IMG/VR virus record: IMGVR_UViG_3300044724_003433
Span: 1-38,213 of that record
DNA length: 38,213 nucleotides
Strand: one strand, 5' to 3'
Source of the DNA: a virus
Lineage: Duplodnaviria; Caudoviricetes
Of this stretch, positions 32,101-37,646 are shown piece by piece. Made by a program: the position numbers and the translations under genes. Numbering within the stretch: the first letter of the stretch is position 1; each line of letters opens with the position of its first letter. The notes beneath the pieces are model-generated. The model made no database searches. It saw only the letters and a list, made by a program, of their open reading frames with translations, and had not been told where the DNA came from.

Positions 32101-32417
32101 TAGGTTATTACTTCATCCCCTATTTTCAGCAGACCATAAGAATCTGGGAAATTATTTGTTCCACCTGAAGTTACATTTATTGTCGTTGTAAATTCATCAA
32201 CATCGCCATTCAGAGCAGTTTCGTAGTTTAAATTAGTTTGCTCATCAACCTTTATATACTGATCAATATTTTGTATTAAATCAACAGGACCGCTTTTATA
32301 TTCCTGACCAAGATAATACTGTTTTAAAAATTCAGAGATAAGAGGGAACTCATTCTCAACATAAGTTGGGAGTTGATTCTTAACGATGCTGCTAAATTTG
32401 ATTCTTGTTTCTGCCAT
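20184..32417 (-). CDS. gp7: Giant baseplate wedge initiator (4077 aa, repeat-expanded, YHYH-like domain)
   Basis: Lies between gp6 and gp8. N-terminal QLP.YV..FL.QYY and IK..KDFY.SKGT.ES.K.LFK.LYG; internal LQDN.YYQ.FSY..KS.V....W..V..H..G characteristic of gp7; many NxGxGY repeats. Confidence 0.85.
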   Translation of the reverse strand: MAETRIKFSSIVKNQLPTYVENEFPLISEFLKQYYLGQEYKSGPVDLIQNIDQYIKVDEQTNLNYETALNGDVDEFTTTINVTSGGTNNFPDSYGLLKIGDEVITYTGKTTSSFTGCVRGFVGVTSYKSDSKQGDLVFNSTSASEHSDGAKVENLSCLFLKEFLNKTKIQFLPGLSDRPLSSNVNQNVFIKQSKDFYSSKGTDESYKILFKSLYGVNVEITKPRDYLLTPSNANNLVTSNFLVESITGNPSELESKTIFQGDNDETYTAIYDIEKVNAGTGKTYYKLSYDDGYNRDSRSLGSTVGTFKVAPKTHIIGNVSTGSTFIDVDSTIGFPNSGEIYVKYPNSNTNTTGIVSYTSKTITQFLGCSNITDTLIDGDTLSTEDFASIKPDDNNNPIEVRLSSVLSGFSKQNGIFDYKPGDKFNIKTLGIEDDSFKFKNWLYNNPVKYLISKIELISTVSPKTYKLTLNKENYLSLGDSVTITSLTGATSFDAKVSDIITDKIITIKTSDTINVSSSYSLLKKLRKVTSSTFPSINKFHANVQNVYKKQYGNSILVASNSLPSFKDVPIIAAKSLKTFSGTFFGETLNINDHGFYSGESVYYTPQVSTTTVSLDGESVTNRSITSSLFGGDTGGEGAYYVFRVDNNNLKLAKSLSNLYTSNFVTVESTNTVTSNTIELLETRGKNIDSQKLYREISTQIDNEVKSETKPGATGILINGVEILNYKSKDIVHTGQVGKIEVSSPGNGFDVINPPVLSISDSVGTGATGFLAISGSLREIQLINRGFDFTETPTVSITGGNGINARASVNTKLISHSVEFFSDLQSNKVSLGTTSTIGFSTYHKFRNGEQVVYKPNSQQVVGGLSTNSTYFAEVVDATTIKLHNTLEQAIVGINTVVLSSYGIGKHTLECVAKKSIIDSINIVDNGTGYENKKRTVVSAGINTSSNTIAIENHDYKSGETLKYSAGTSAIGGLSDGTNYYVTAIDSDTFKLSEVGSSTDKTFFYRTKQYIDLTSSGSGTQTFNYPLISVVVEGPVGIATVTGIESSAYKAEVQPIFRGELTSVHLSDKGSGYGTKEIINFNKLPDVSVISGRNAQVKPIVSADGKIIEVIIENIGSNYTSIPDLEIISTSGVGCVLTPIFVNGSLREVKVIEPGSGYISGEVSIEVVTSEEDFSFIPEIQKWRVNLFEKLYVNNVIESDDIILQKSLSDKYGLQCYSLYAPRPLREMVYSVSEGGEILYGKPDLKIVNSQETVFTDHSPIIGWAYDGNPIYGPYGYSNNDGGVVTLMKSSYRLNTSRVNGPSVSVFPLGFFVEDFTYYENGDDSYLDRNNGRFCITPEYPNGTYAYFATVNPDGVESSGSFENYKRPVFPYILGDKYKSTPNEFNFKKSSNQDDYDIESNNWCRNTISYNLREDDIDYPYIYSPNNLSQTGEITSTNKGKVSKVEVKSPGDNYKVGDTLNFSDGDTTGFGAAGRISRLHGKSVTSLNSSTTQVSNVELIPSNKKGLYTVQSASPHNLQNVNIVNISGISTTSSKIEGSYSIGVSSESFKIVGLGTTGVAIGDTNITGLVTFFNVSSSLIESNIIPNDILGIGTEKVKVLNIDRTNSRFRVLRAVNGTVGAIHTIGSVLSEDPRRFTINSGFKTRYNFKKNREIYFEPSETVGLGTTAVGIGSVLQFSSFGLNTVGLGTTSGASTFAVPIKSLYIKNHKLETGDTLTYSSNGGEGIVYNEYHNIGVAQTLTDGQEVFVAKISNDLIGIATQRVGLGTTGGFVGVGNTSKTLFFTEIGVGNTHSFTTNYTNITGDVAKRTVTVITDVNHGLQKGHFVDVSVNPSVATTYIVKYNDTNRRVLVGIKTFSAVGVNSSTNTISISDHGYESGDKVIHSSTDPCEGLENDKIYYIVKVDNDNIKLSDTYYDSTSLTPSVVGIASTSFGEFGLVNPLIKAYRSSTINFDISDSSLGFVQQSTQYSAFKLNFYLNDKYTNRWETDQSSSTFSVSRTGSAGISSSNVIVSIGNTTPEKLYYSLDPVSNTNLPIEKSQIIIDSEILNHNSIISQDSVYNGNRRISVAGTNFFTFELPNIPEANSYVSTSSSVTYTTDCTHASGPIFGVEVTSSGKNYNTLPSIASINSIDGVGGDLVSVSEDIGVIEKIKVEDIGYDFPSDKTLKPSASLPQIINVDSFAKIENIEIVSGGRGYSSAPELLFFDGKTGLQITDISAEYSLGDSTVTILSNTRGINNSTPTILPIKNTNGVGISTVGFNTVTKDVTVQMSVGFSTLFPFEVGDQVMIENISTVGVGTTIKGYNSKDYGYKLFTLNAVTPNIGGIGSVTYNLSNQLSEGEIPGEIDLINSSGQIIAQKHFPTFSVELSTGDYLSGEKVTTNGKEGVVQSWDRTTKTLRVLSSDNFVAEEVIRGLTSELSGVASKVTSYESYFETDVSSQIFSGNQTGSGYLNDNLQRLQDNLYYQNFSYSLKSTVPFDDWKDVVSAVNHTLGYRKFGDLQVESTNLDQPLRVGVSTELSDVTIVSDVYEVIDTNCVFDFDIATENNLNLSDGTILSNEITLNSKILTDYTESFGNRVLSIDDISSQFNSNPRATAFSVVNTFNLSDYRFKKYFTYLKDKRFTQERQGLIVDIIHDGFFGYINQYARVETKYDQGSFDFSIFGTEGQLQFYPTKSSVNDYHVTSISYGLNDNYLSTGSTSIGGVLIDSDSTIVNSGSSATIVSIGDTYHSLKVLVEIASDVSNPSYGNTATFNVNEFEAQELNIVHDGTDVSILEYGKLSTSPGSFSIIGFGTYTAYLDGSNIKVDFNPSVGIGTTAIVNTIVVGLSSVSSGISTLDLKHARLQSTTTNITSSGSPTENVVAEYPSHVSLSEDRYDAGYFMIQVHDTTNNRYEFLEYFVVDDHIEGESSSETFSTEFANIQTHSGLGTFGSRVIANLVGLAATTQILFTPISGIDATVSVYTNALRIEDDTKDIIDFNNGAIETGYGDYTGTDRDIKRSFNLTHKNDNIFERTFIGSGINTSSNSITIPNHFYVSGERIDYACPGIGSEQSIGIAQTTFTATGLTTNLLPSTGVFVVKINDNTIKLARNAEDSLKSVPEVLDLTSIGSGGVGAAHTFTATNQNPKALVAIDNLIQSPIVSTATTTTLDDNVLSTDNIIKLTSVNSIFGGDLLKVGNEIMKIDGVGIGSTNRLSVRRGWMGTNIQSGLATGDLVTKVVGNYNIVGNTLNFVEAPYGNTPIGTITNPPDQRDYVGITTSSNFQGRSFLRTAQPNTANETYYKNYVFDDVSDQFNGIQNEFTLKSNGSDITGINNEGAIVLINDIFQVIGGGNNFTLSENTGITSISFVGTGRTTQSAFVESMSQDVGVSTFPRGGMIVSVGSAAGFGYQPLVAAGGTATVSAAGTISAISIGNSGSGYRSGIQTTVNVSVGISSLSSSNIVAIGTASISDGHITGVTITNPGSGYTSTNPPFVVIDSPLSYTNLPLEYVSGTTGLGTAARIDVVVGQGSSIIDFEINNTGYGYGNGDKLTVAIGGTTGIPTTSSFSSTDIFEIEIERVIHDEFTGWSLGFIETFDDVTDYIDGSRVDFPLIKAGVSVSINKSKGSKIELDQLLLVFVNGILQRPGNSYEFDGGSQITFSEPLKIGDTLNICFYKGSGDDLDVIDREVIETIKYGDEVTLNYNPDLGQKPYQQENTRTISTVTNVDKCDTLPYFGPGNTIDTTFERPITWCRQTQDKIINGQGVGKDREIYEPVINPVANIIRSVGIGSTVIYVDRVRPLFNLNNENVDSNFRNTIQKEIKLVNPIVVTGAAATAVVSSAGTITSIVINNGGVGYSTTPDVSVGIGSTTATATATITNGVVTGITITDGGSGYTQSNPPLVLIGPPAQQTEICDVSSYSGDSGIIVGLGTTSIGVGSTGLMFHLHIPLDSVMRNANLVGSAVTLSGISTGDYFIVRNSSLGTASTSINSLGTDNSTVVGVGSEFLDNVYVVNKMELETQVISGVNTHVTKVTVNADINPYGVSGFSTGSFLGEYSWGKVVVDARTKQITYPAHTLSGIGTNGLTGISTSSKLYRNRYIRFKKFT

Positions 32418-32435
32418 TTTTTCTATATCTCTAAA

Positions 32436-34496
32436 TTAGTAACCGCTACCTGAACCCGATCCTGATGAACCGCCAGAGGTTCCTGAAGTTGTACCAGCAA
32501 AAGAACTATTAGTGGAAGTAGTTGTATTTACCGTGGTGTTTGCTGTAGTAATTGCAGCATTTTCAGGTCCACCAACACGAACTAAATTACCTTCTGCATA
32601 AGAAGAAGAAACAATGTAATTTGATGCTGATGGGTCAAGTCCTGATGCGATTTCGTCTGATACCATTTCAAACGTACTGTTACTAGTATCTAGTTGCAAA
32701 TAAAGGTCCTGTAATCCAACAACATCATTTGACAAAGGTGTTGCTTGAATCTCTATGGTCTGTTGTCCGTCTTTTTCCATTCCCGCAATAATATTAATTG
32801 CATTAATGGTTATAATACCATTTACATAGTCAATAGTACCGACGTTAGAACGTATGACTGTTGGGTTTTGAGAACCTACATTGGGTACGGTGAAGAAAAA
32901 CAGAGTTCCAGTTTGTCTATTTGTATTTGGAATATCACTAAGATAAACATTTTCAGGAATTCCAAAAACTCTAAATGCACTAGATTTTATGTTATAACCA
33001 TTTATGCTGAAAATATGAAACTGATTACCGAATCCAATTTGATATTCAGCAATAGTATTGGGTACAATTCTCAAATCTCTTCTCATCTTCACGACAGTAA
33101 TGTTTGATGTTACTGCTTCATGACTATCATCGATCACTTTCAAAAACTTACTGTATTTGAATCGAGCACCATACTTATTTAATTCAGTAGAATCAGCATA
33201 CTTAGACGCATTATTAGAAACTACTGTTGAAACATCAGCTGCCGATGGTGCTAGATTGGTATTATAATAAACTTTTGAACTTACCTCAAGATAAAGATAC
33301 TTAAGATCCAAGATTTCAGGAACAACTCCTGCTACTGCGTATTTTTTTAATTTTAGTTTGATATTGTCTTTAATCAAATTTGGAAGGAAATCTCCAAATC
33401 TAGGTTTAATACTGATAAAAACCTTTCCATATTGAGGAGGGATTAATTCTTCTCCACCAAATACAGAAATGGACTCTGTATCAGGGTATATCTTTGCTGG
33501 AATCAATGTTTCATAATCATCTGCAGTTACTGCGCGGTTTTGAGTTGAGTAAATCTTTGGAGCATATTTTCTAACAGACTCAACTTCTTCAATTGCAGAT
33601 CCACCTCTGGAACTATACTCTGGTGTTAAAAGTGATATGCCAGAGGTAACTGTATATTCATTTCCATCTCTTACATAAGTCAATCTACCATTGAAAGCAA
33701 ATTGTGAGAATCCATTTCCAGAATCTCCATTAGTGACCAAATAAGTTACTGTAATATAATTTTGATCATCTAGTTTTTTACCAAAAACTCCATCACCAAA
33801 GAATATTTCATATCTTTCATCCGCAACTTCTTGTAAAAAGTAGATTCTTGAATCGCTTCCAACATAGAATAAGTTATCTTGTAAAGAATATTTTACAGTT
33901 GCAGTTGAAGATGAATTATTTTTAACGCCAACTCTAATCAAATCTGTGTCAACCCCAGCATTTGGTAGAATAAACTTTTGTTGAGGATTTCTAGCACTGT
34001 AAGTAAAGTTTTTCTCTACAACCGTCCCCTCATAGATTGGTATTTCATTAAAAGCAGCAATCCCATTGACAACAGGAACGGTTATATCATCTAAAATACA
34101 GAAAGACCCACTAGAACCACCAAAAGTTCCCCTAGACGCTGCTACAGTCCCTTTACGGAGGGTTATAGACGCTGGTTTGGGTGTTATGTTAGATGCATCT
34201 ACAAAGAATGATATTGCGGATGTTGCTGCTTTTCTTGATCTGGGAGTATATCCAATATTTCTTGCTAACGCAACTACGTTTTCTCTTAAAGTTGCCGTAT
34301 CAATAAAAACTTCGTTTGCTACCATATTAGCATTATACGAAGTAATGTACGTATTGTATGCTAATAAATCTAAAATTGTTGATAGGTTAGAACCTTCAAA
34401 GTCATAGTCCGTAAAATTGGAATTTGACTTTAGGTATTCTTTGAGAGTAGTTTTAACGTCCTCAAAGTCTAAATTTGTAAAATTTACTAGTGACAT
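32436..34496 (-). CDS. gp6: Baseplate wedge subunit
   Basis: LDFE..K..LK.YL...FTDYDFEGS.LS..LD.LAYNT, E.FID.A.LRENVV.LA..IGY.P.S, FGDGVFG, QNRAVT..DY. Confidence 0.93.
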   Translation of the reverse strand: MSLVNFTNLDFEDVKTTLKEYLKSNSNFTDYDFEGSNLSTILDLLAYNTYITSYNANMVANEVFIDTATLRENVVALARNIGYTPRSRKAATSAISFFVDASNITPKPASITLRKGTVAASRGTFGGSSGSFCILDDITVPVVNGIAAFNEIPIYEGTVVEKNFTYSARNPQQKFILPNAGVDTDLIRVGVKNNSSSTATVKYSLQDNLFYVGSDSRIYFLQEVADERYEIFFGDGVFGKKLDDQNYITVTYLVTNGDSGNGFSQFAFNGRLTYVRDGNEYTVTSGISLLTPEYSSRGGSAIEEVESVRKYAPKIYSTQNRAVTADDYETLIPAKIYPDTESISVFGGEELIPPQYGKVFISIKPRFGDFLPNLIKDNIKLKLKKYAVAGVVPEILDLKYLYLEVSSKVYYNTNLAPSAADVSTVVSNNASKYADSTELNKYGARFKYSKFLKVIDDSHEAVTSNITVVKMRRDLRIVPNTIAEYQIGFGNQFHIFSINGYNIKSSAFRVFGIPENVYLSDIPNTNRQTGTLFFFTVPNVGSQNPTVIRSNVGTIDYVNGIITINAINIIAGMEKDGQQTIEIQATPLSNDVVGLQDLYLQLDTSNSTFEMVSDEIASGLDPSASNYIVSSSYAEGNLVRVGGPENAAITTANTTVNTTTSTNSSFAGTTSGTSGGSSGSGSGSGY

Positions 34497-34497
34497 T

Positions 34498-34899
34498 TTA
34501 CCTTGTTGGTTGCAATACGAATTCTAATTGTTGTGGTGGAATATCAGCCCCAATAATGTCATATACAATAACGACATCAAATGAATTACCATCTATATCA
34601 GCAAACGCTCTTACAGATTTCAAATTAACTCTTGGTTCATACCTTTTAATTGAATCTTCAATCTGAGTTTGAATTTCAATAGCAGTTAAATCATCAGCAT
34701 TTTCAAAAAGAGATTCAGTAATGCGTGATCCAAATCTTGGATTGAAAAATTTCTCCCCAGGATTTGTAAAAACAATGTTTTTTACTGATCTTGCAATTGC
34801 GTTTTCATTTTTCATTGCAATCAAATCTTTTGTCAGAGGATTAGTCTGAAAAGACATGCTAATATCTTTAAATCCTTGACTTATCCTTTCTAAAGGCAC
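34498..34899 (-). CDS. gp25: Baseplate wedge subunit (sheath initiator, gp25/GpW family)
   Basis: GTG start; AI..SVKNIV.T.PGEK.F.P.FGS....LFE and I..YEPRV; directly upstream of gp6. Confidence 0.92.
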   Translation of the reverse strand: MPLERISQGFKDISMSFQTNPLTKDLIAMKNENAIARSVKNIVFTNPGEKFFNPRFGSRITESLFENADDLTAIEIQTQIEDSIKRYEPRVNLKSVRAFADIDGNSFDVVIVYDIIGADIPPQQLEFVLQPTR

Positions 34900-34920
34900 A
34901 ACAATACGGCAATTATGTAT

Positions 34921-34928
34921 TATTTATC
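34921..34928 (-). promoter_or_regulatory. Late promoter GATAAATA
   Basis: NATAAATA about 21 nt upstream of gp25, at the head of the baseplate operon. Confidence 0.7.
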
Positions 34929-34946
34929 AATGATTTTCTGAATTCT

Positions 34947-35108
34947 TTACTCATAAAGTGGTTCTGGATCACTCTCATTAGAGAAAATTTCACCTTCTTG
35001 ATGAAGTTTTTTCTTTTTTGGTGTCAAATCATCATTTGCAATCTCACGAAGCATCTTCTGATGCTGATGATTTGCCAAATTGTCTAAAAAATCGTGTTCA
35101 GTTGCCAT
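34947..35108 (-). CDS. 53-aa hypothetical protein (not in the ORF track)
   Basis: MATEHDFLDNLANHQHQKMLREIANDDLTPKKKKLHQEGEIFSNESDPEPLYE*; AGAGGA RBS and an upstream late promoter. Confidence 0.75.
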   Translation of the reverse strand: MATEHDFLDNLANHQHQKMLREIANDDLTPKKKKLHQEGEIFSNESDPEPLYE

Positions 35109-35124
35109 ATTTCCTCTTTTTTCG

Positions 35125-35132
35125 TATTTATT
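35125..35132 (-). promoter_or_regulatory. Late promoter AATAAATA
   Basis: Overlaps the upstream stop codon, 16 nt before the ATG at 35108. Confidence 0.6.
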
Positions 35133-35841
35133 GAAGGTCTAAAGGACGCCCATCTTGTGATTTGTACATATCTTCGGGTTTTTCTTCTTCATTTTTACGC
35201 TCTTTTGCTGTTTTCCAAAAATATTCGTCTTCACGACCCATTCCAAGACGTTCAAATCCATTTTCAACACTATAATATTCAGTTGAAACCTTAAAATCAG
35301 GCATTTTGGGGTCAACAGGTGTCAAACTATTGTCAAAAATACGCATTCTATTATTTGGATACAGTGCATACTGACCATTATTCAACTCAATGAGGTTATG
35401 TGACTTATGTTCAGCTGGATTTTCACTTGTTGCATAGTCAATTACATCACAATCTTGATGATAATTGTCTATTGTACAGATATATGTACCTTTCTGAATA
35501 CCAAAATCGCGTGTATACAATTCAAAATCCATACTACCAATGAATTGTTTATGAATTGATACTACACCATAGTCCATACAGTTCCAAAACTGTAAATTAG
35601 GTAAATTCATATCAGGATTTGGTGTTTCTGGTTCTGAGACAAATGCGCTAATAGGCAACTTATCATACATTGCCGCATATTCTGGTAAATATGTCTCAAA
35701 ATAAAAAGCACGCCCAGGTATCGATTTACACGATACCCAGACGCCCTTAACAAATTCTCCATGACCAAATTGATGATCAGTAAGATATTCTTTTCTTACC
35801 CATACCTCTACTGAGGGGAGGTTACAAATAAGTGCTGCCAT
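35128..35841 (-). CDS. 237-aa conserved hypothetical phage protein (start corrected to MAALICNLP)
   Basis: ATG at 35841 follows the stop of the 44-aa ORF and a TAAATA motif; aromatic-rich motifs VRKEYL..HGEF, LQFWNC, Y..TID, EHKSHN, YPNNR. Confidence 0.8.
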   Translation of the reverse strand: MAALICNLPSVEVWVRKEYLTDHQFGHGEFVKGVWVSCKSIPGRAFYFETYLPEYAAMYDKLPISAFVSEPETPNPDMNLPNLQFWNCMDYGVVSIHKQFIGSMDFELYTRDFGIQKGTYICTIDNYHQDCDVIDYATSENPAEHKSHNLIELNNGQYALYPNNRMRIFDNSLTPVDPKMPDFKVSTEYYSVENGFERLGMGREDEYFWKTAKERKNEEEKPEDMYKSQDGRPLDLQ

Positions 35842-35863
35842 ATTACATAACGTAACTCTAGCA

Positions 35864-35998
35864 CTATTTACCTTGTCCCCGATACTTCTTTTTTGCTTTG
35901 TTACGAGAAGTCGCGGAAAGCAACGTATTCTGTGAATTACCTTGACGAGTTTTCTTCGGTTTTGCGGGTACATAAGATCCGCCTTTCATCATTGCCAT
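35864..35998 (-). CDS. 44-aa very basic protein ending YRGQGK (not in the ORF track)
   Basis: MAMMKGGSYVPAKPKKTRQGNSQNTLLSATSRNKAKKKYRGQGK*; GAGGT RBS; starts just after the glycosyltransferase stop. Confidence 0.8.
   Translation of the reverse strand: MAMMKGGSYVPAKPKKTRQGNSQNTLLSATSRNKAKKKYRGQGK
35865..35872 (-). promoter_or_regulatory. Possible late promoter GGTAAATA
   Basis: TAAATA core about 23 nt upstream of the ATG at 35841, similar spacing to the other late promoters. Confidence 0.45.
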
Positions 35999-36009
35999 AG
36001 TTTAATACC

Positions 36010-36780
36010 TCAAATAACGCGAGTTTTTTCGTGACCAACTCTGATACGAGGGTCACACCAAATATCAAATCCTTCTTCCTTAGCATCAAGACAGAACGAC
36101 ACATCTTCGCCACACATGTCCTGTACATTACCACTCTCAAAGACTTGCATCTTAGGAGCAAACCAAGGATATTCAAGATTCTCAAAGACACCCTTCTTAA
36201 TGAGCACCCATCCAAAACCTGTGTAGTCTACAGTGAATGGCTTACGCCGCTTACTGATGGATTCCACTGTTTCGTGGTTCATTACTCCACCATTATTACG
36301 GAACTCATCTTCCTCTAACCAATGTGCTACAGATGTAGTTACACCATCTTCAGTAGCATACCATCCCGCAACAATCTCTTTCTCTGTACCATCTTCAGCA
36401 ATTGCCATATCACACAACTGCCAAAACTTCTCTGTGTTAAACACAATATCACTATCAATCCACAACTGATAGTCATACGGCAACTTACCATCCCAAGGAA
36501 TCTGCTTAGGACCACGAAGTACATTAGCACCTAAACACTTACAACGTGCAAAGTTAACCATAGAAGAGTAATCTTGACTGATCTGAATACTCATTCCATT
36601 CTGTACCATATCAAAGCACAGTTGTACAAAATTCTTTAAGAACGTAAATGAACATCCACGTCCAGGTAGACAAAATACAATTGTCTTACCTTTCATTCTC
36701 TCTTTGATTGATGTAATATCCCAGTCCTCTTTTTTCTTCGGAGCAGGGGTTTTTGCTTTTACAGTAAATCCTTTTGCCAT
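36010..36780 (-). CDS. GT-A fold glycosyltransferase (GT2-like)
   Basis: V..AR, YDYQLWIDSD (DxD), TGFGWVLIKKGVFE, GEDVSFC, IWCDP.I.VGH.K. Confidence 0.85.
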   Translation of the reverse strand: MAKGFTVKAKTPAPKKKEDWDITSIKERMKGKTIVFCLPGRGCSFTFLKNFVQLCFDMVQNGMSIQISQDYSSMVNFARCKCLGANVLRGPKQIPWDGKLPYDYQLWIDSDIVFNTEKFWQLCDMAIAEDGTEKEIVAGWYATEDGVTTSVAHWLEEDEFRNNGGVMNHETVESISKRRKPFTVDYTGFGWVLIKKGVFENLEYPWFAPKMQVFESGNVQDMCGEDVSFCLDAKEEGFDIWCDPRIRVGHEKTRVI

Positions 36781-36803
36781 GTTTTTGAAATTACTTCAGT
36801 TCA

Positions 36804-36832
36804 ATTATAGTATGGTGTATGTAGTCTGTCAA
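36804..36832 (-). promoter_or_regulatory. Perfect sigma70-type early promoter
   Basis: TTGACA-17 bp-TATAAT directly upstream of the glycosyltransferase. Confidence 0.9.
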
Positions 36833-37059
36833 TAACTATCGTCACCAAGAGGTTCTGTGGTATTAACCGAACGTACTCCAAGGGGGCGATAAGACCCCTG
36901 AAGGGTACATTCCTCATATGTTAAATCCTCAAAGGTATAATCAGTCTTCATTAGACCAACCATTCCTCTGAGGGTTTCCCATGTATTCTTAAATTGCTCT
37001 TCTGTTAGATTGTTATATAAACACTCTTTCTTTGCATATATGTGATAAACCTTTTCCAT
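36829..37059 (-). CDS. 76-aa hypothetical protein
   Basis: GGAGGT RBS; downstream of the promoter at 37234-37262. Confidence 0.75.
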   Translation of the reverse strand: MEKVYHIYAKKECLYNNLTEEQFKNTWETLRGMVGLMKTDYTFEDLTYEECTLQGSYRPLGVRSVNTTEPLGDDSY

Positions 37060-37233
37060 TGGTTTTTTACCTCCGGGAATTTTTTTTCCTAAATGAAATC
37101 AACTTTCGCATTATATATCGAGGTCGATCTGTCACCTCTGTAGGTTACAGGGACCCATTGATTTTATATCACGCCCGCCGACGATATAAACAAACGCCCG
37201 CAAAAACACTGTCAAAAACTGATAGTCGCCTCC

Positions 37234-37262
37234 ATCATATCACGGAGGGAGACTGATGTCAA
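37234..37262 (-). promoter_or_regulatory. sigma70-type early promoter
   Basis: GGGG-TTGACA-17 bp-TATGAT. Confidence 0.85.
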
Positions 37263-37280
37263 CCCCCGTGATGCTAAGTA

Positions 37281-37538
37281 TCAGAATTCTAGTAACATTT
37301 CGTTGAGTGCTGCAATATCTAAATTTTCATCGTTCCACTTAACTCCATCAAGAGTTGTGCCCCGGGGCATGAGTTCCATCAAGATGTGCGAGAGTGACTT
37401 GTAGCCGTGCTCTGCCCAACCTTGCGCGATTCCATAAAGATCCTCATCGTTGCTCAACCACAGGGCGACGTTCCAGGTCTCATAGTTTGCCCAACCGTTG
37501 TAGGTTTCGGGAGCGGTGGTGATGGTTGCTTGAGTCAT
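37281..37538 (-). CDS. 85-aa early hypothetical protein (YNGW.NYETW.V.LW family); start corrected to MTQAT
   Basis: YNGWANYETWNVALWLSNDE motif; the ORF-track start at 37574 lies inside the promoter, so ATG 37538 is preferred. Confidence 0.8.
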   Translation of the reverse strand: MTQATITTAPETYNGWANYETWNVALWLSNDEDLYGIAQGWAEHGYKSLSHILMELMPRGTTLDGVKWNDENLDIAALNEMLLEF

Positions 37539-37564
37539 CTTGTTTGTTTTCCTTTGACTCTTAT

Positions 37565-37593
37565 AGTATGGCACCTTTCACCGCCCCGGTCAA
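37565..37593 (-). promoter_or_regulatory. sigma70-type early promoter
   Basis: GGGG-TTGACC-17 bp-CATACT, with TG upstream of the -10. Confidence 0.7.
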
Positions 37594-37646
37594 CCCCTTT
37601 TGACCGGTCTGCAGAATCTCTTAATCTCTTTGCTTACCCTACCAGA

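Noticed and set aside
10920-32417. Inteins, introns, homing endonucleases or recoded stop codons as the explanation for the giant ORFs
   Set aside because: I saw no intein splice-junction, LAGLIDADG, HNH or GIY-YIG motifs; the frames are open in the standard code and the size is explained by repeat modules
35842-35973. N-terminal 44 aa of the 281-aa ORF in the track
   Set aside because: It overlaps the better supported 44-aa basic gene in another frame; ATG 35841 is the more plausible start
35937-36530. Alternative-frame minus-strand ORFs (92 aa and 63 aa) inside the glycosyltransferase
   Set aside because: They overlap a well-motifed gene and have no recognisable features
37539-37574. ORF-track start MPYYKSQRK for the 97-aa ORF
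   Set aside because: It lies within the promoter spacer and -10 region, so it would not be transcribed from that promoter
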